Assembly: GCA_965200025.1 (NCBI GenBank)
Contig: OZ241325.1
Span: forward strand, 986,229 to 1,050,228
Direction of reading: 5' to 3'
Origin: Bdellovibrionales bacterium
Lineage (GTDB): Bacteria; Bdellovibrionota; Bdellovibrionia; Bdellovibrionales; UBA1609
DNA length: 64,000 bases
Position 1 is the stretch's first letter. Each line of letters starts with the position of its first letter. Of the stretch, positions 25,798 to 34,329 are shown piece after piece. The notes beneath the pieces are model-generated. The model made no database searches. It had not been told where the DNA came from and was given only the letters and a program-made list of their open reading frames with translations. A program made the position numbers and the translations under genes.

Positions 25798-26943
25798 TTA
25801 AAAATACACAGCCACATTGACAGAGGCAATCACCCAGTTGGTACGCTCCAAAGTGGAGTTTTGCACATAATGGGTGTTATAGTGGTAAGTGAACCCCTGA
25901 TATATCATTCGATGATTTCGAAACAAGGCATCGTTGTTGTTGTAAAGATTGCGAACATTTACCAGCACACTTCCCCCCACCCCCACTTTTTTGTTAAACC
26001 TGACATCCACTCCGGCCTGCACCCCCACATCAATGGAGTTGGTGGTTTTTCTACTGGTGTTGCAACCACTTTGTCCACTCAGGGCAGGGCAAAAAGAATA
26101 ACCTGTCAGGTAGTTTTCATCCTCGTTGTCATACATCCACAGGCTGTAAAGCCCCACCAGGGCCACATAGGGTTTTAACCGGCTTTTAAAAGGTGTAAAT
26201 TTTAAAGACAAGGCACCAGTGAGTTGGTCCACATCAGAGAAAGGGGAAAGATACTGCCCCAGCTGATGATTGTAAAACACCGGGAAACCTCTGTTGGCCC
26301 AGCTCCCCGAATACCCACGACTCACCTCATGCAGAGAGTAAAGAAAAGAGGCCTCCACAGACAAACCACTCTCATCATCTGTACCAAGGGAAAACCCGTA
26401 GCTTCCGTAGGATTTTTCGATCCGGTTGGTTAAATTGGCAGCCTGGCCAAAATGAAACCGTAAAAAAACCTGGTCCTCTTCCTCCACATCCTCAAGAATG
26501 TTTTTCTTATCCACATAAACCACATCACTCTCAGAGGACACCACAGTCTGCTCTCCTGCCACATCCCCAAAAAGCCGTCTTAAACGCTCCTGCTCATCTC
26601 TTAAACGGGAACGCTCCAGCTTTTCCACAATTCTTTGTTCTGTTTGAATTTCCGCATTTCTTCTACTATGCATCAAATCGGTGGCTTTATTTTTGATCAG
26701 GGGTATCCCCTTGACCTCCACCACCGGCTGCTGGGATATTTTGTTTTTTTGTGCTGAAAGGCTTTGTTCCACTTTTTGATTGTTCATAATAATCACTGGT
26801 TTTGCCTTTTGTGCACCAGAGGAATCCTCCTCCACCAAAACCACATCATCCTCATCCACATAAACATTGGTTTGTGCCACAGCACTGATTGTAAAAGAAA
26901 GGAAAAATAAAATTCCCACCAAATGGTTTATCTGCTTCTTCAT
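25798..26943 (-). CDS. Outer-membrane beta-barrel protein (putative)
   Basis: The ATG at 26943 gives signal peptide MKKQINHLVGILFFLSFTISAVAQ. The C-terminal half has alternating amphipathic strands and ends in VAVYF. Confidence 0.6.
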   Translation of the reverse strand: MKKQINHLVGILFFLSFTISAVAQTNVYVDEDDVVLVEEDSSGAQKAKPVIIMNNQKVEQSLSAQKNKISQQPVVEVKGIPLIKNKATDLMHSRRNAEIQTEQRIVEKLERSRLRDEQERLRRLFGDVAGEQTVVSSESDVVYVDKKNILEDVEEEDQVFLRFHFGQAANLTNRIEKSYGSYGFSLGTDDESGLSVEASFLYSLHEVSRGYSGSWANRGFPVFYNHQLGQYLSPFSDVDQLTGALSLKFTPFKSRLKPYVALVGLYSLWMYDNEDENYLTGYSFCPALSGQSGCNTSRKTTNSIDVGVQAGVDVRFNKKVGVGGSVLVNVRNLYNNNDALFRNHRMIYQGFTYHYNTHYVQNSTLERTNWVIASVNVAVYF

Positions 26944-27222
26944 ATTCTTAACTCCTCTCAAATCACCTCTCACCTGATTGTCTGTTTTTTTGACACTTAA
27001 AATACCTTTTCCCCTTTAAAGACACTCCTTTAAAGGCTATACTTCGTTAATCGGAAAAAATACAAAAAAACCAAAATTTTTTAAAATTTTCAGGCCAAAG
27101 GTCCTGATTTTTAAACTCCCTGGAAGGTCAGGGACAGGGTCCTGACTGCATCATATATAAACAGACTGAAGAGAAGCAAAGTTTTGCTTTGCACCGCTGA
27201 AAATGCTATTTTTCCAGATTAT

Positions 27223-27309
27223 GCCTCGGTGGCGGAACTGGTAGACGCGTGCGACTCAAAATCGTATGTTCTTACGAGCATGGGAGTTCGACTCTCCCCC
27301 GAGGCACCA
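27223..27309 (+). tRNA. tRNA-Leu (anticodon CAA), CCA encoded
   Basis: Acceptor GCCTCGG/CCGAGGC, anticodon loop CTCAAAA, long variable arm, T-loop GTTCGACTC. Confidence 0.9.
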
Positions 27310-27445
27310 TTAAAAAACAGACCTGTAAAGCAGCATTTTAAGTACTTCAAGTGAGAATGGCCTGTGACATAAGAACTCCCCCCCCCTCGTCCATAAAGAC
27401 TTCAAAAAAGTGCTGCCACAGTCAATTATTGAACATCTGTAATTG

Positions 27446-27532
27446 TGGTGCGGGTGAGAGGATTTGAACCTCCACGGAGCCAGGCTCCACCAGAACCTGA
27501 ATCTGACGCGTCTACCATTCCGCCACACCCGC
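27446..27532 (-). tRNA. tRNA-Leu (anticodon CAG), CCA encoded
   Basis: The reverse complement is GCGGGTG...TCAGA-TTCAGGT-TCTGG...GGTTCAAATCC...CACCCGCACCA, with a long variable arm. Confidence 0.9.
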
Positions 27533-27546
27533 TCAATAAAAAAATA

Positions 27547-27632
27547 TGCCCGAGGCCAGACTTGAACTGACACGGTTCGTTAGAACCACAGGATTTTAAG
27601 TCCTGTGCGTCTACCAGTTTCGCCACTCGGGC
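27547..27632 (-). tRNA. tRNA-Leu (anticodon TAA), CCA not encoded
   Basis: The reverse complement is GCCCGAG...CAGGA-CTTAAAA-TCCTG...AGTTCAAGTCT...CTCGGGCA, with a long variable arm. Confidence 0.9.
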
Positions 27633-27789
27633 CTTTCTTTAAAACTTTTACACTCAAGCTAAAGAAGCCTTAAAAGCCCCCTTAAACTGAAAAAGAGCAT
27701 ACAAGAGGTGTTTTTATCCGGCAAGATCATTAAAAACACTTAAAAAATTCTCTGGACAAACTCTTCAGATCTTTAGTTTAATAAAAACC

Positions 27790-28629
27790 ATGAGTACCTG
27801 TGGTGGTAAGCCCCCTTCGAAAAACACTGTTGCTGACCCCCTTCAGGTGTCTGAAGCTGCCCCCTCACCAAACCCCCTGCCCTCAAAGCCTGATATGCCA
27901 CATCTTGATTCTGGCTTCAGCTCTGCCCCTCTTCTCAAGCGGGCCTTTTATGAAAGCAACAAACACTTTGTGTGGCTTTTGAGAAAAATCAGTTTTATTC
28001 TCATTTTGGCTATTGCGGTTTTTGTCCCCTTTCAGCTGGCTTACATCAACACCTTTGGACCTGAGCATTTTATTGTAAAAGCTTTTGAGTTTTGCATGCA
28101 CGGCTCTTTAGGCGTGTTAGCCATGATTATGACAGGCTTTTATATGTTTGAGCTGACCCATCCGGAGCAGGAAAAGCCAAAATTTCTTCCTTTTACACAT
28201 GCCACAACTCTGCCTTTGGTGATAGAGGGCTTCAAAGCCCTGATTGTGATTTTGGCAGGGCTGTTTTTGTTTATTGTCCCCGGCCTTATCAAACAAATAC
28301 ATTTTATGTTTCTTCCCTATGTGGTCTGTTTTAACCGCCTTTACCACCAAAGAAAAATCAGTGCCTTAAAACATTCTCAAATGCTGTCCAAAGGGCTTCG
28401 GTGGCATTTGTTGTTTTTGTTTATTGTCTTCCCCTTCTTTTTGAGCCTGGGCTTCAACAATATCACAAGCTTTTTAACAGACAAAACTTTTGAGCATGCC
28501 TGGTATATAAAATATCCTTTGTTTATGTTTGTACTTTACATGGTCTCAATGGCTATGGTGTATTTGTCCTCTCTGCTTTATCTTTTGTATGCCGCCAAAG
28601 ACAAAGAGCTTATAACCTCCCCTTATTGA
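27790..28629 (+). CDS. Polytopic membrane protein, function unknown
   Basis: 279 aa with a Pro-rich N-terminus followed by about 6 hydrophobic segments. Confidence 0.55.
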   Translation: MSTCGGKPPSKNTVADPLQVSEAAPSPNPLPSKPDMPHLDSGFSSAPLLKRAFYESNKHFVWLLRKISFILILAIAVFVPFQLAYINTFGPEHFIVKAFEFCMHGSLGVLAMIMTGFYMFELTHPEQEKPKFLPFTHATTLPLVIEGFKALIVILAGLFLFIVPGLIKQIHFMFLPYVVCFNRLYHQRKISALKHSQMLSKGLRWHLLFLFIVFPFFLSLGFNNITSFLTDKTFEHAWYIKYPLFMFVLYMVSMAMVYLSSLLYLLYAAKDKELITSPY

Positions 28630-28818
28630 GCAGACCCTGATTCAAAACCTGAAAAAGACTTCCTATTGTTTGCATAATTTCCATACTCCCTCACTATACC
28701 ACACTCTGTTATACCACCCGGTGTCCACAAAAAGCAACTAAAGGCCCTCTAATAAGGGTTTTTGAGAATTTAAAACTGCCCAAAAATGTATCCCCGGACA
28801 CCAGGAAGGCGTTTTATC
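28630..28818. repeat. Segmental repeat R1 (second copy at 32725-32912)
   Basis: About 150 bp are near-identical, then the match decays. The copy at 32725 contains the true 5' end and leader of the 79-aa gene, whereas this copy keeps only its first ~18 codons. Confidence 0.8.
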
Positions 28819-28880
28819 CAGCTTCAGCTTGTGCGGGAGTCTTGATTTTCTCTATGGCCTGGTCGGCCCCAGTCAGGTCC
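28781..28880. repeat. Intergenic repeat R2 (second copy at 31196-31290)
   Basis: The shared core is ..tttatccagcttcagcttg.gcgggagtcttgattttctctatggcctggtcggccc. Confidence 0.75.
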
Positions 28881-28943
28881 TTGGTGGCCACCGGTAAATC
28901 TGATTTTTTTGCCATATTGCTGCGGGGTTTTAACCTCTAAATA

Positions 28944-29411
28944 TCACTTGCTTTGGTTACAGGAACAAACCTCACCCTTGACTTTAACAGGCTTGGCATC
29001 AATAAGAACAGGCTTGCCACCTTTAAAAACAGTCGTACCACTCACAGTCTGATCCATCATTGAAGGATCAGGGGGAAGCTTTTTACATTCCTCTTTAGCT
29101 TTATCAACTAAAGCATCGCATGCTTCAGGATCCGGGGGAGTTTGAGCCTGCCTTACACCATTTATGCGAAGAGGGCCGTCATAGCAATAACCCAGTTTTT
29201 TTCCCAGAGCATAGGCATCCCCTATCATATTATGGCAGCGAATATCCCCGGGCATTATTACTGAAGGTTTGATGTTACTGTCATCAACTTTGGACCGGTT
29301 ACAGTAATCCTCACATGAAGTATAAAGGGGCTTGTTATCCTCAAGAGGCTTGTTATCCTTACAAGATACTATGACAAAACAGGTTATTAAAAATGTTACA
29401 AAAATCTTCAT
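28944..29411 (-). CDS. 8-Cys lipoprotein, partner of metzincin module 3
   Basis: Lipobox IVSC with the family blocks conserved. An ATGA overlap joins it to the protease stop, and GGAGGAAG lies upstream. Confidence 0.75.
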   Translation of the reverse strand: MKIFVTFLITCFVIVSCKDNKPLEDNKPLYTSCEDYCNRSKVDDSNIKPSVIMPGDIRCHNMIGDAYALGKKLGYCYDGPLRINGVRQAQTPPDPEACDALVDKAKEECKKLPPDPSMMDQTVSGTTVFKGGKPVLIDAKPVKVKGEVCSCNQSK

Positions 29412-30457
29412 TTTACTTCCTCCTTACTTAAGGGTTTATTCCTTCGGATTTTTGCAAATTCTCTCTCAACGGCTTCTATCCAAATATCCACATTATCATA
29501 ATAATCTAATATGTGTAGAGTTCTCTTCATTGCAAGGTCAATATCTTTTTCCCTTTCATGTATTTCAATAACTCCCTTATAATACTCCTGACTCTCTTTA
29601 AATTTTCTAAAAAAAGGCCAGTTCCTTACAACTTGACCACCATTAGAGAAATTATCTAAAAAAGCATTAAAATCTTTTTTAGTAAAGGCACAAATCTCTC
29701 CGTATCCCCCGTCCTTACAACCAAAACCCTGTGAAGCCATAATCTCTGTCTCATCGGGTTCCAGGTGGGGAATCCCCAAAAGGTGACCAAACTCATGCAT
29801 CATAACATTGATAAAATGCTCTCTTTCCCACTTGTGTTTATTGCTCATAACTATTTGCCCAAAAAAATCCCAGGGCAAATCCCCAGGTCCTGAAATAAGT
29901 GTACTGTTGACACCAACAAACAAGTCCCTGTACCAATCTGGGGGGTTTATTGACCTATAGTAAGCCAACACCGTATCCTTTGTGGAACCAAATAACGGAT
30001 AAACAAGATTGTATTTATCTTTATCGCAAGACCATGTCAATAATTTTCTTTTAGGATTAGGCCAACCTCTTACAAAATAACTCCTGTTATCAACACTATG
30101 ATACAGGTGACTTCCTGGAAAAGGAAAATCTAAAGGATTTGAAACCAAAGTGTCATACTCGTAGGATTGTACAAAAGCATCATATTCTTCATTCCATTCT
30201 TCCATGGCTTGCCAGGTCCAGTTTAGATGTTTTTGTTCAAAGTTATGCTTTCCCTTCGGAAAACACACCCCCCAAGGGTAATCCCCAGGTTTTTCCAAAA
30301 TAGCATAATGTTCTTTCTTATAAGCCTCGCTTGGTATATGAAAACTTTGGACTATTTTACCACCTGGATTATGGGCCTTATCCTGTTTATAAAAAACAAT
30401 GCCAGAGCTTTTGAAACAAAACCCGGATAAAAGAAAAAGAGCCATAAGGATTTTCAT
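29408..30457 (-). CDS. Secreted metzincin-type zinc metalloprotease, module 3
   Basis: HEFGHLLGIPHLEPDETEIMAS with the same signal peptide. It has a unique insertion and a unique ~95-aa C-terminal tail. Confidence 0.8.
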   Translation of the reverse strand: MKILMALFLLSGFCFKSSGIVFYKQDKAHNPGGKIVQSFHIPSEAYKKEHYAILEKPGDYPWGVCFPKGKHNFEQKHLNWTWQAMEEWNEEYDAFVQSYEYDTLVSNPLDFPFPGSHLYHSVDNRSYFVRGWPNPKRKLLTWSCDKDKYNLVYPLFGSTKDTVLAYYRSINPPDWYRDLFVGVNSTLISGPGDLPWDFFGQIVMSNKHKWEREHFINVMMHEFGHLLGIPHLEPDETEIMASQGFGCKDGGYGEICAFTKKDFNAFLDNFSNGGQVVRNWPFFRKFKESQEYYKGVIEIHEREKDIDLAMKRTLHILDYYDNVDIWIEAVEREFAKIRRNKPLSKEEVK

Positions 30458-30530
30458 AGTGGCTCTTTAAATAACACGTTTAAGGAAAAATAATAATCCC
30501 CCGTGTAAAACTTACATTTTTGTCAAAAAA
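30458..30530 (-). promoter_or_regulatory. Conserved leader/promoter block (copy 3)
   Basis: TGTAA-AAC-TTACA is at 30504-30516 and TTGACA (gene sense) at 30521-30526. ATTATTAT lies downstream. Confidence 0.5.
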
Positions 30531-30546
30531 AACATCAATTATTTAC

Positions 30547-31059
30547 TCAAAGAGTGATGCTTGTTTCCCCACCACCAGGGGATTCTGATAAACTTTGACC
30601 GCCGGGGAGTATAAAATCATTTATCTTACCTGATCCATAAGAAATCTGCTTCCCATCTGGTAAAACCACATTGACCTTCCCATCTGTTTCTATGTTAAGC
30701 TTGTTACCATCTGTTTTCGAAACTAAACGACCATCAGGAAATACTGTCATAGTCGACACAGACAAAACATTAGGGACTTGTGCGTCAAACTTGCCATCGG
30801 GATATAAAGAAAGAACAGATCCATTATAATTCTGAATATAAACAGACTTTAATCCTTTTGCCTCAACCTTCATTTTCTTTGCAAAAGGTTTAATATATCT
30901 GTCCATTAAAGTCTTACTATCTATCTCTGAAGCTTCAAACTTTTCCCAACCTACAGAAAAAGATCCAGATTCTTTTTTAAGAAAAGAAACCAAATCTTTT
31001 TTATCCGCTTTTTTGGCACATCCACCTGTGAGTAACAAAACAAACAGCAAGATTTTCAT
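30547..31059 (-). CDS. Putative lipoprotein, function unknown
   Basis: The ATG at 31059 is preceded by GGAGG. The signal peptide MKILLFVLLLTGGC is followed by a beta-rich Gly/Lys/Val body. Confidence 0.6.
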   Translation of the reverse strand: MKILLFVLLLTGGCAKKADKKDLVSFLKKESGSFSVGWEKFEASEIDSKTLMDRYIKPFAKKMKVEAKGLKSVYIQNYNGSVLSLYPDGKFDAQVPNVLSVSTMTVFPDGRLVSKTDGNKLNIETDGKVNVVLPDGKQISYGSGKINDFILPGGQSLSESPGGGETSITL

Positions 31060-31275
31060 AAACACCTCCGGTATAAAAACTTTATCGGCCCAAGGTTCTG
31101 GTGGCTTTAATAAAAAGAAGGGGGGAGTCCCTCAGATTCAAGGCGACCCGTGACCGAGTCGCTATCCTCGACACTTTTTTTGATTGAAAACCGAACAAAA
31201 ATGCACTTCCGACCACCGGGAAGGTGGTTTATCCAGCTTCAGCTTGGGCGGGAGTCTTGATTTTCTCTATGGCCT

Positions 31276-31372
31276 GGTCGGCCCTGGTCAAGGTTTTTAA
31301 GCCTTATGAAGTGGTGTCACGGGGCCTTCCATGAAACCTTATTCGGCTTAGTCTCAAAAAACTTTAATCCCG
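31276..31372. repeat. Intergenic repeat R3 (second copy at 12127-12226)
   Basis: The shared sequence is ggtcggccc..g.tttttaa.cctta.tgaagt...gtc.cggggccttccatg.a.ccttat.cggcttagtctcaaaaaactttaatcccg. Confidence 0.75.
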
Positions 31373-31409
31373 GCCAAAGAACCCCAGGATAAGGGTATCA
31401 AAACGGAGA

Positions 31410-32465
31410 TTAATGAAATGTTACCTTAACACCAGAAGGAACATCTCGTCTTATAGCATCTGCTTTCCTCGCTAAAGAAACATCTAAATAAAGCTTCTCA
31501 AGAGAAGGAAGATCTGAAAATAACCCAACAGGTAAATCACTTAATAATTTGTTATCATCCAAATCAATCCACTCAAGAGAAGAAAGCCCTGAAAATACTC
31601 CAACCAGCAAAGCTCTTAAATTGTTATGCTCCAAATCAATCCACTCAAGAGAAGAAAGCCCTGAAAATACTCCAACCGGCAAAGCACTTAACTCGTTATG
31701 CCCCAAATCAAGCCTCTCAAGAGAAGGAAGATATGAAAATACTCCAACCGGCAAAGCACTTAAATTGTTACGACTTAAACCAATCCCCTCAAGAGAAGGA
31801 AGATCTGAAAATACTCCAACCGGCAAATCACTTAACTTGTTAGTATGCAAACTAAGACTCTTAAGAGAAGAAAGTCCTGAAAAAACCCCAGCAGGCAAAG
31901 CACTTAAATTGTTAGTATGCAAACTAAGAATCTTAAGAGAAGGAAGATCTGAAAACACCCCAACAGGCAAATCACTTAACTCGTTATGCTCCAAATCAAG
32001 CCTCTCAAGAGAAGGAAGATATGAAAATACTCCAACCGGCAAAGCACTTAACTCGTTATGCTCCAAACCAATCCACTCAAGAGAAGGAAGATCTGAAAAT
32101 ACCCCAGCAGGCAAAGCACTTAACTCGTTATGCTCCAAACCAATCACCTTAAGAGAAGGAAGATCTGAAAACACCCCAACAGGCAAATCACTTAATCCGT
32201 TATGCCTCAAAACAACATCCCGAAGAGAAGTAAGTCCTGAAAAGTCCCCCGCCTTCAGAGATTTGATACCTCTGTCGTCTAAATCAAGTAATATTATCTG
32301 ATCTAAAAGAAAATCTGCCAAAGTACAGTCCATGCTGGAATCCATAGTCTGAAACTTTTCCACAATCGCATCCCTTACCTGCGGGGTACGCTTACAAACT
32401 GGAATCACTGTCTCACCATAAGCAAACAAATTAAAAGAAAAAACAGCAAATATAAAAAGCTTCAT
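31410..32465 (-). CDS. Leucine-rich repeat protein (about ten 24-residue repeats)
   Basis: The start is set at the ATG at 32465 (MKLFIFAVFSFNLFAYG). The repeats and C-terminal cap LYLDVSLARKADAIRRDVPSGVKV are the same as in the 15122 gene. Confidence 0.85.
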   Translation of the reverse strand: MKLFIFAVFSFNLFAYGETVIPVCKRTPQVRDAIVEKFQTMDSSMDCTLADFLLDQIILLDLDDRGIKSLKAGDFSGLTSLRDVVLRHNGLSDLPVGVFSDLPSLKVIGLEHNELSALPAGVFSDLPSLEWIGLEHNELSALPVGVFSYLPSLERLDLEHNELSDLPVGVFSDLPSLKILSLHTNNLSALPAGVFSGLSSLKSLSLHTNKLSDLPVGVFSDLPSLEGIGLSRNNLSALPVGVFSYLPSLERLDLGHNELSALPVGVFSGLSSLEWIDLEHNNLRALLVGVFSGLSSLEWIDLDDNKLLSDLPVGLFSDLPSLEKLYLDVSLARKADAIRRDVPSGVKVTFH

Positions 32466-32539
32466 TTTAAACCTCACATGGTTAAAAGTTAAACATACAG
32501 TCTCATCGGCCAAAAATCCGGAGGACTTAAGTCCCTTTT

Positions 32540-32779
32540 TTATTGTTTGTCTTTTATCAGAATCTCATACAGCCGATCAAAACGGTGGGTAAGATTCTCA
32601 ATCCTCCGGTTTGTGTCCGTGATGTGATTGCCCAGATCTTTAGAAATCTGACTTATATCTTTGGACATGCCATTCATTTTAAACAGCATATAAATAAGAA
32701 GAGCCAGCACAATCAAATCAATGGGCAGACCCTGATTCAAAACCTGAAAAAGACTTCCTATTGTTTGCATAATTTCCAT
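32540..32779 (-). CDS. Small membrane-anchored coiled-coil protein
   Basis: 79 aa with one hydrophobic segment (LPIDLIVLALLIYMLF) and a helical tail. It lies directly upstream of the LRR gene. Confidence 0.5.
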   Translation of the reverse strand: MEIMQTIGSLFQVLNQGLPIDLIVLALLIYMLFKMNGMSKDISQISKDLGNHITDTNRRIENLTHRFDRLYEILIKDKQ

Positions 32780-33351
32780 ACTCCCTCACTATACCACACT
32801 CTGTTATACCACCCGGTGTCCACAAAAAGCAACTAAAAGCCCTCTAATAAGGGTTTTTGAGAATTTAAAAACACCCAAAAATGCACCCCCCGACCCCCCA
32901 GACGGCGGTTTTGTAAGATTTTTCTAATGTTTTAGTCCGCACAGACCGATAAAAACCAAGGTGGATACAAAACCTTAAAGGTCCCACAGACAAAAACGGG
33001 CTATAGCCCCTTATATTGTAGGGAACACTGTTTGAAATGGAGTAAAAACATGAGAATACGAAGCTTTACCCCCCCCCATTTTTTTCAAAAAACAGCCCTG
33101 CTGATTTAAAATCTTTTTTTAAAACCGGCTTTAAAAAATCACCTCACCCCCACAGTGCCTGCTTTGGCTTAAACCCCACTGGAGTTTTTTTTATTCTGTT
33201 TTTTCTCACAAGCTTTGAGGCGGCCTGCCAAACCTGTACAAAAGGTGGTCAGTCCTGGAGATCGAAGGGCATTTGCCAGCACCCTCCACAAAGACAGGGC
33301 TGCTTTTGTACAGCCGACAGCCAAATTTTAAATGCTGCGGGAACCAGTTGT

Positions 33352-34326
33352 GTGGATCGCTGCCCCTCTGGTTCCACCTTTCAGTCAGATTGCAGCTGCC
33401 GATGTGCATCGGGAGAAACCTGGAGTGCAAAAAACAGCGTATTTAACCGATCAAAAAGATGCACATTTTGCCCATCTCACCAACAATGGAGTACCACCTC
33501 CAACAGCTGTGTCAATCGTTGCACAGGAGTGAAGTCCCACTGGAGCACTGCCAAAAGGCAGTGTGTTTGCGATCCTTCCATAAATTGCCTCCACAACAGA
33601 ATAAATCCCAACACCTGTGAATGCTCAAATTGTACAGTCAGGGGGCAGAGTTACAAATCAGCTTCAGCATGCCATACTTCCAAAATGACCACAGGCTGCA
33701 GATGCACAGATAACGATAAAGTTATTTCTGTTTGGCCTGTTATAAATGCGGCTAACACCTACTGCAGAAATCGCTGCCCCAATGGTACTTTCAGATCATC
33801 AGATTGCACATGTCACTGTGGCAGCTATAGCAACAAAAGCTGGAGTGTGGTTAATAACAATGATATTGTTGTAACAAATAAAAACGAAAGCTGCTGTGAG
33901 AATGAGGCACATAAAACCCGATGGGACGAATCCTCTCAGTCCTGTAAATGCCCAGGGGGCAAAACAGAACATGGCAACCTTTGTTGTAACACCTGCTTCA
34001 ATGGATATGCCTCTTACGGGTCTTGCACCTGCAGGCAGGTTGTGACCCCCACCACCTGCCCGACAAACAGACCTTGTGGCAGTCCTCCCAACTGCAATGC
34101 CAAACTACTCAGCTGCCCGAATGGTGTGACCATGGTCTGCAACACAACAGACTGTCCCACTGTCCCCCCCTGTAGTGGCTCTTTAATCCGTTGTGCTAAC
34201 TCCTGTGTGACGGGCAAGCTTTGCCCGGGAAGCTCTGAAAAAGTCTGCCCCTCTGTTTCCTGTTCCACAAGCACCCCCACACCCACAGTGGAAGTGGAGC
34301 TTGCCACACCCGCCACATGTGAGTGA
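33352..34326 (+). CDS. Cys-rich secreted protein, paralogue class of 11227-11967 (start uncertain)
   Basis: 324 aa from GTG, with about 50 Cys. The frame is open upstream to 33046 and encodes a signal-peptide-like GVFFILFFLTSFEAAC with no canonical start codon before it. The C-terminus is ..ELATPATCE. Confidence 0.6.
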   Translation: MDRCPSGSTFQSDCSCRCASGETWSAKNSVFNRSKRCTFCPSHQQWSTTSNSCVNRCTGVKSHWSTAKRQCVCDPSINCLHNRINPNTCECSNCTVRGQSYKSASACHTSKMTTGCRCTDNDKVISVWPVINAANTYCRNRCPNGTFRSSDCTCHCGSYSNKSWSVVNNNDIVVTNKNESCCENEAHKTRWDESSQSCKCPGGKTEHGNLCCNTCFNGYASYGSCTCRQVVTPTTCPTNRPCGSPPNCNAKLLSCPNGVTMVCNTTDCPTVPPCSGSLIRCANSCVTGKLCPGSSEKVCPSVSCSTSTPTPTVEVELATPATCE

Positions 34327-34329
34327 GCT

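Noticed and set aside
31100-31190. Possible + strand small RNA or terminator (GCGAC..GTCGC and GTCG..CGAC stems before a T7 run)
   Set aside because: The stems are only 4-5 bp. The better stem is 14 nt away from the T-run. No promoter or conserved copy was found, so the support is too weak to call.
33040-33200. Possible invertible promoter/5' segment upstream of the second Cys-rich gene, because the A7-TG-G9 motif is antisense to the gene
   Set aside because: I could not find convincing flanking inverted repeats, only the palindromic AAGCTT sites, and there is no nearby recombinase. I kept it only as part of the homopolymer-motif observation.
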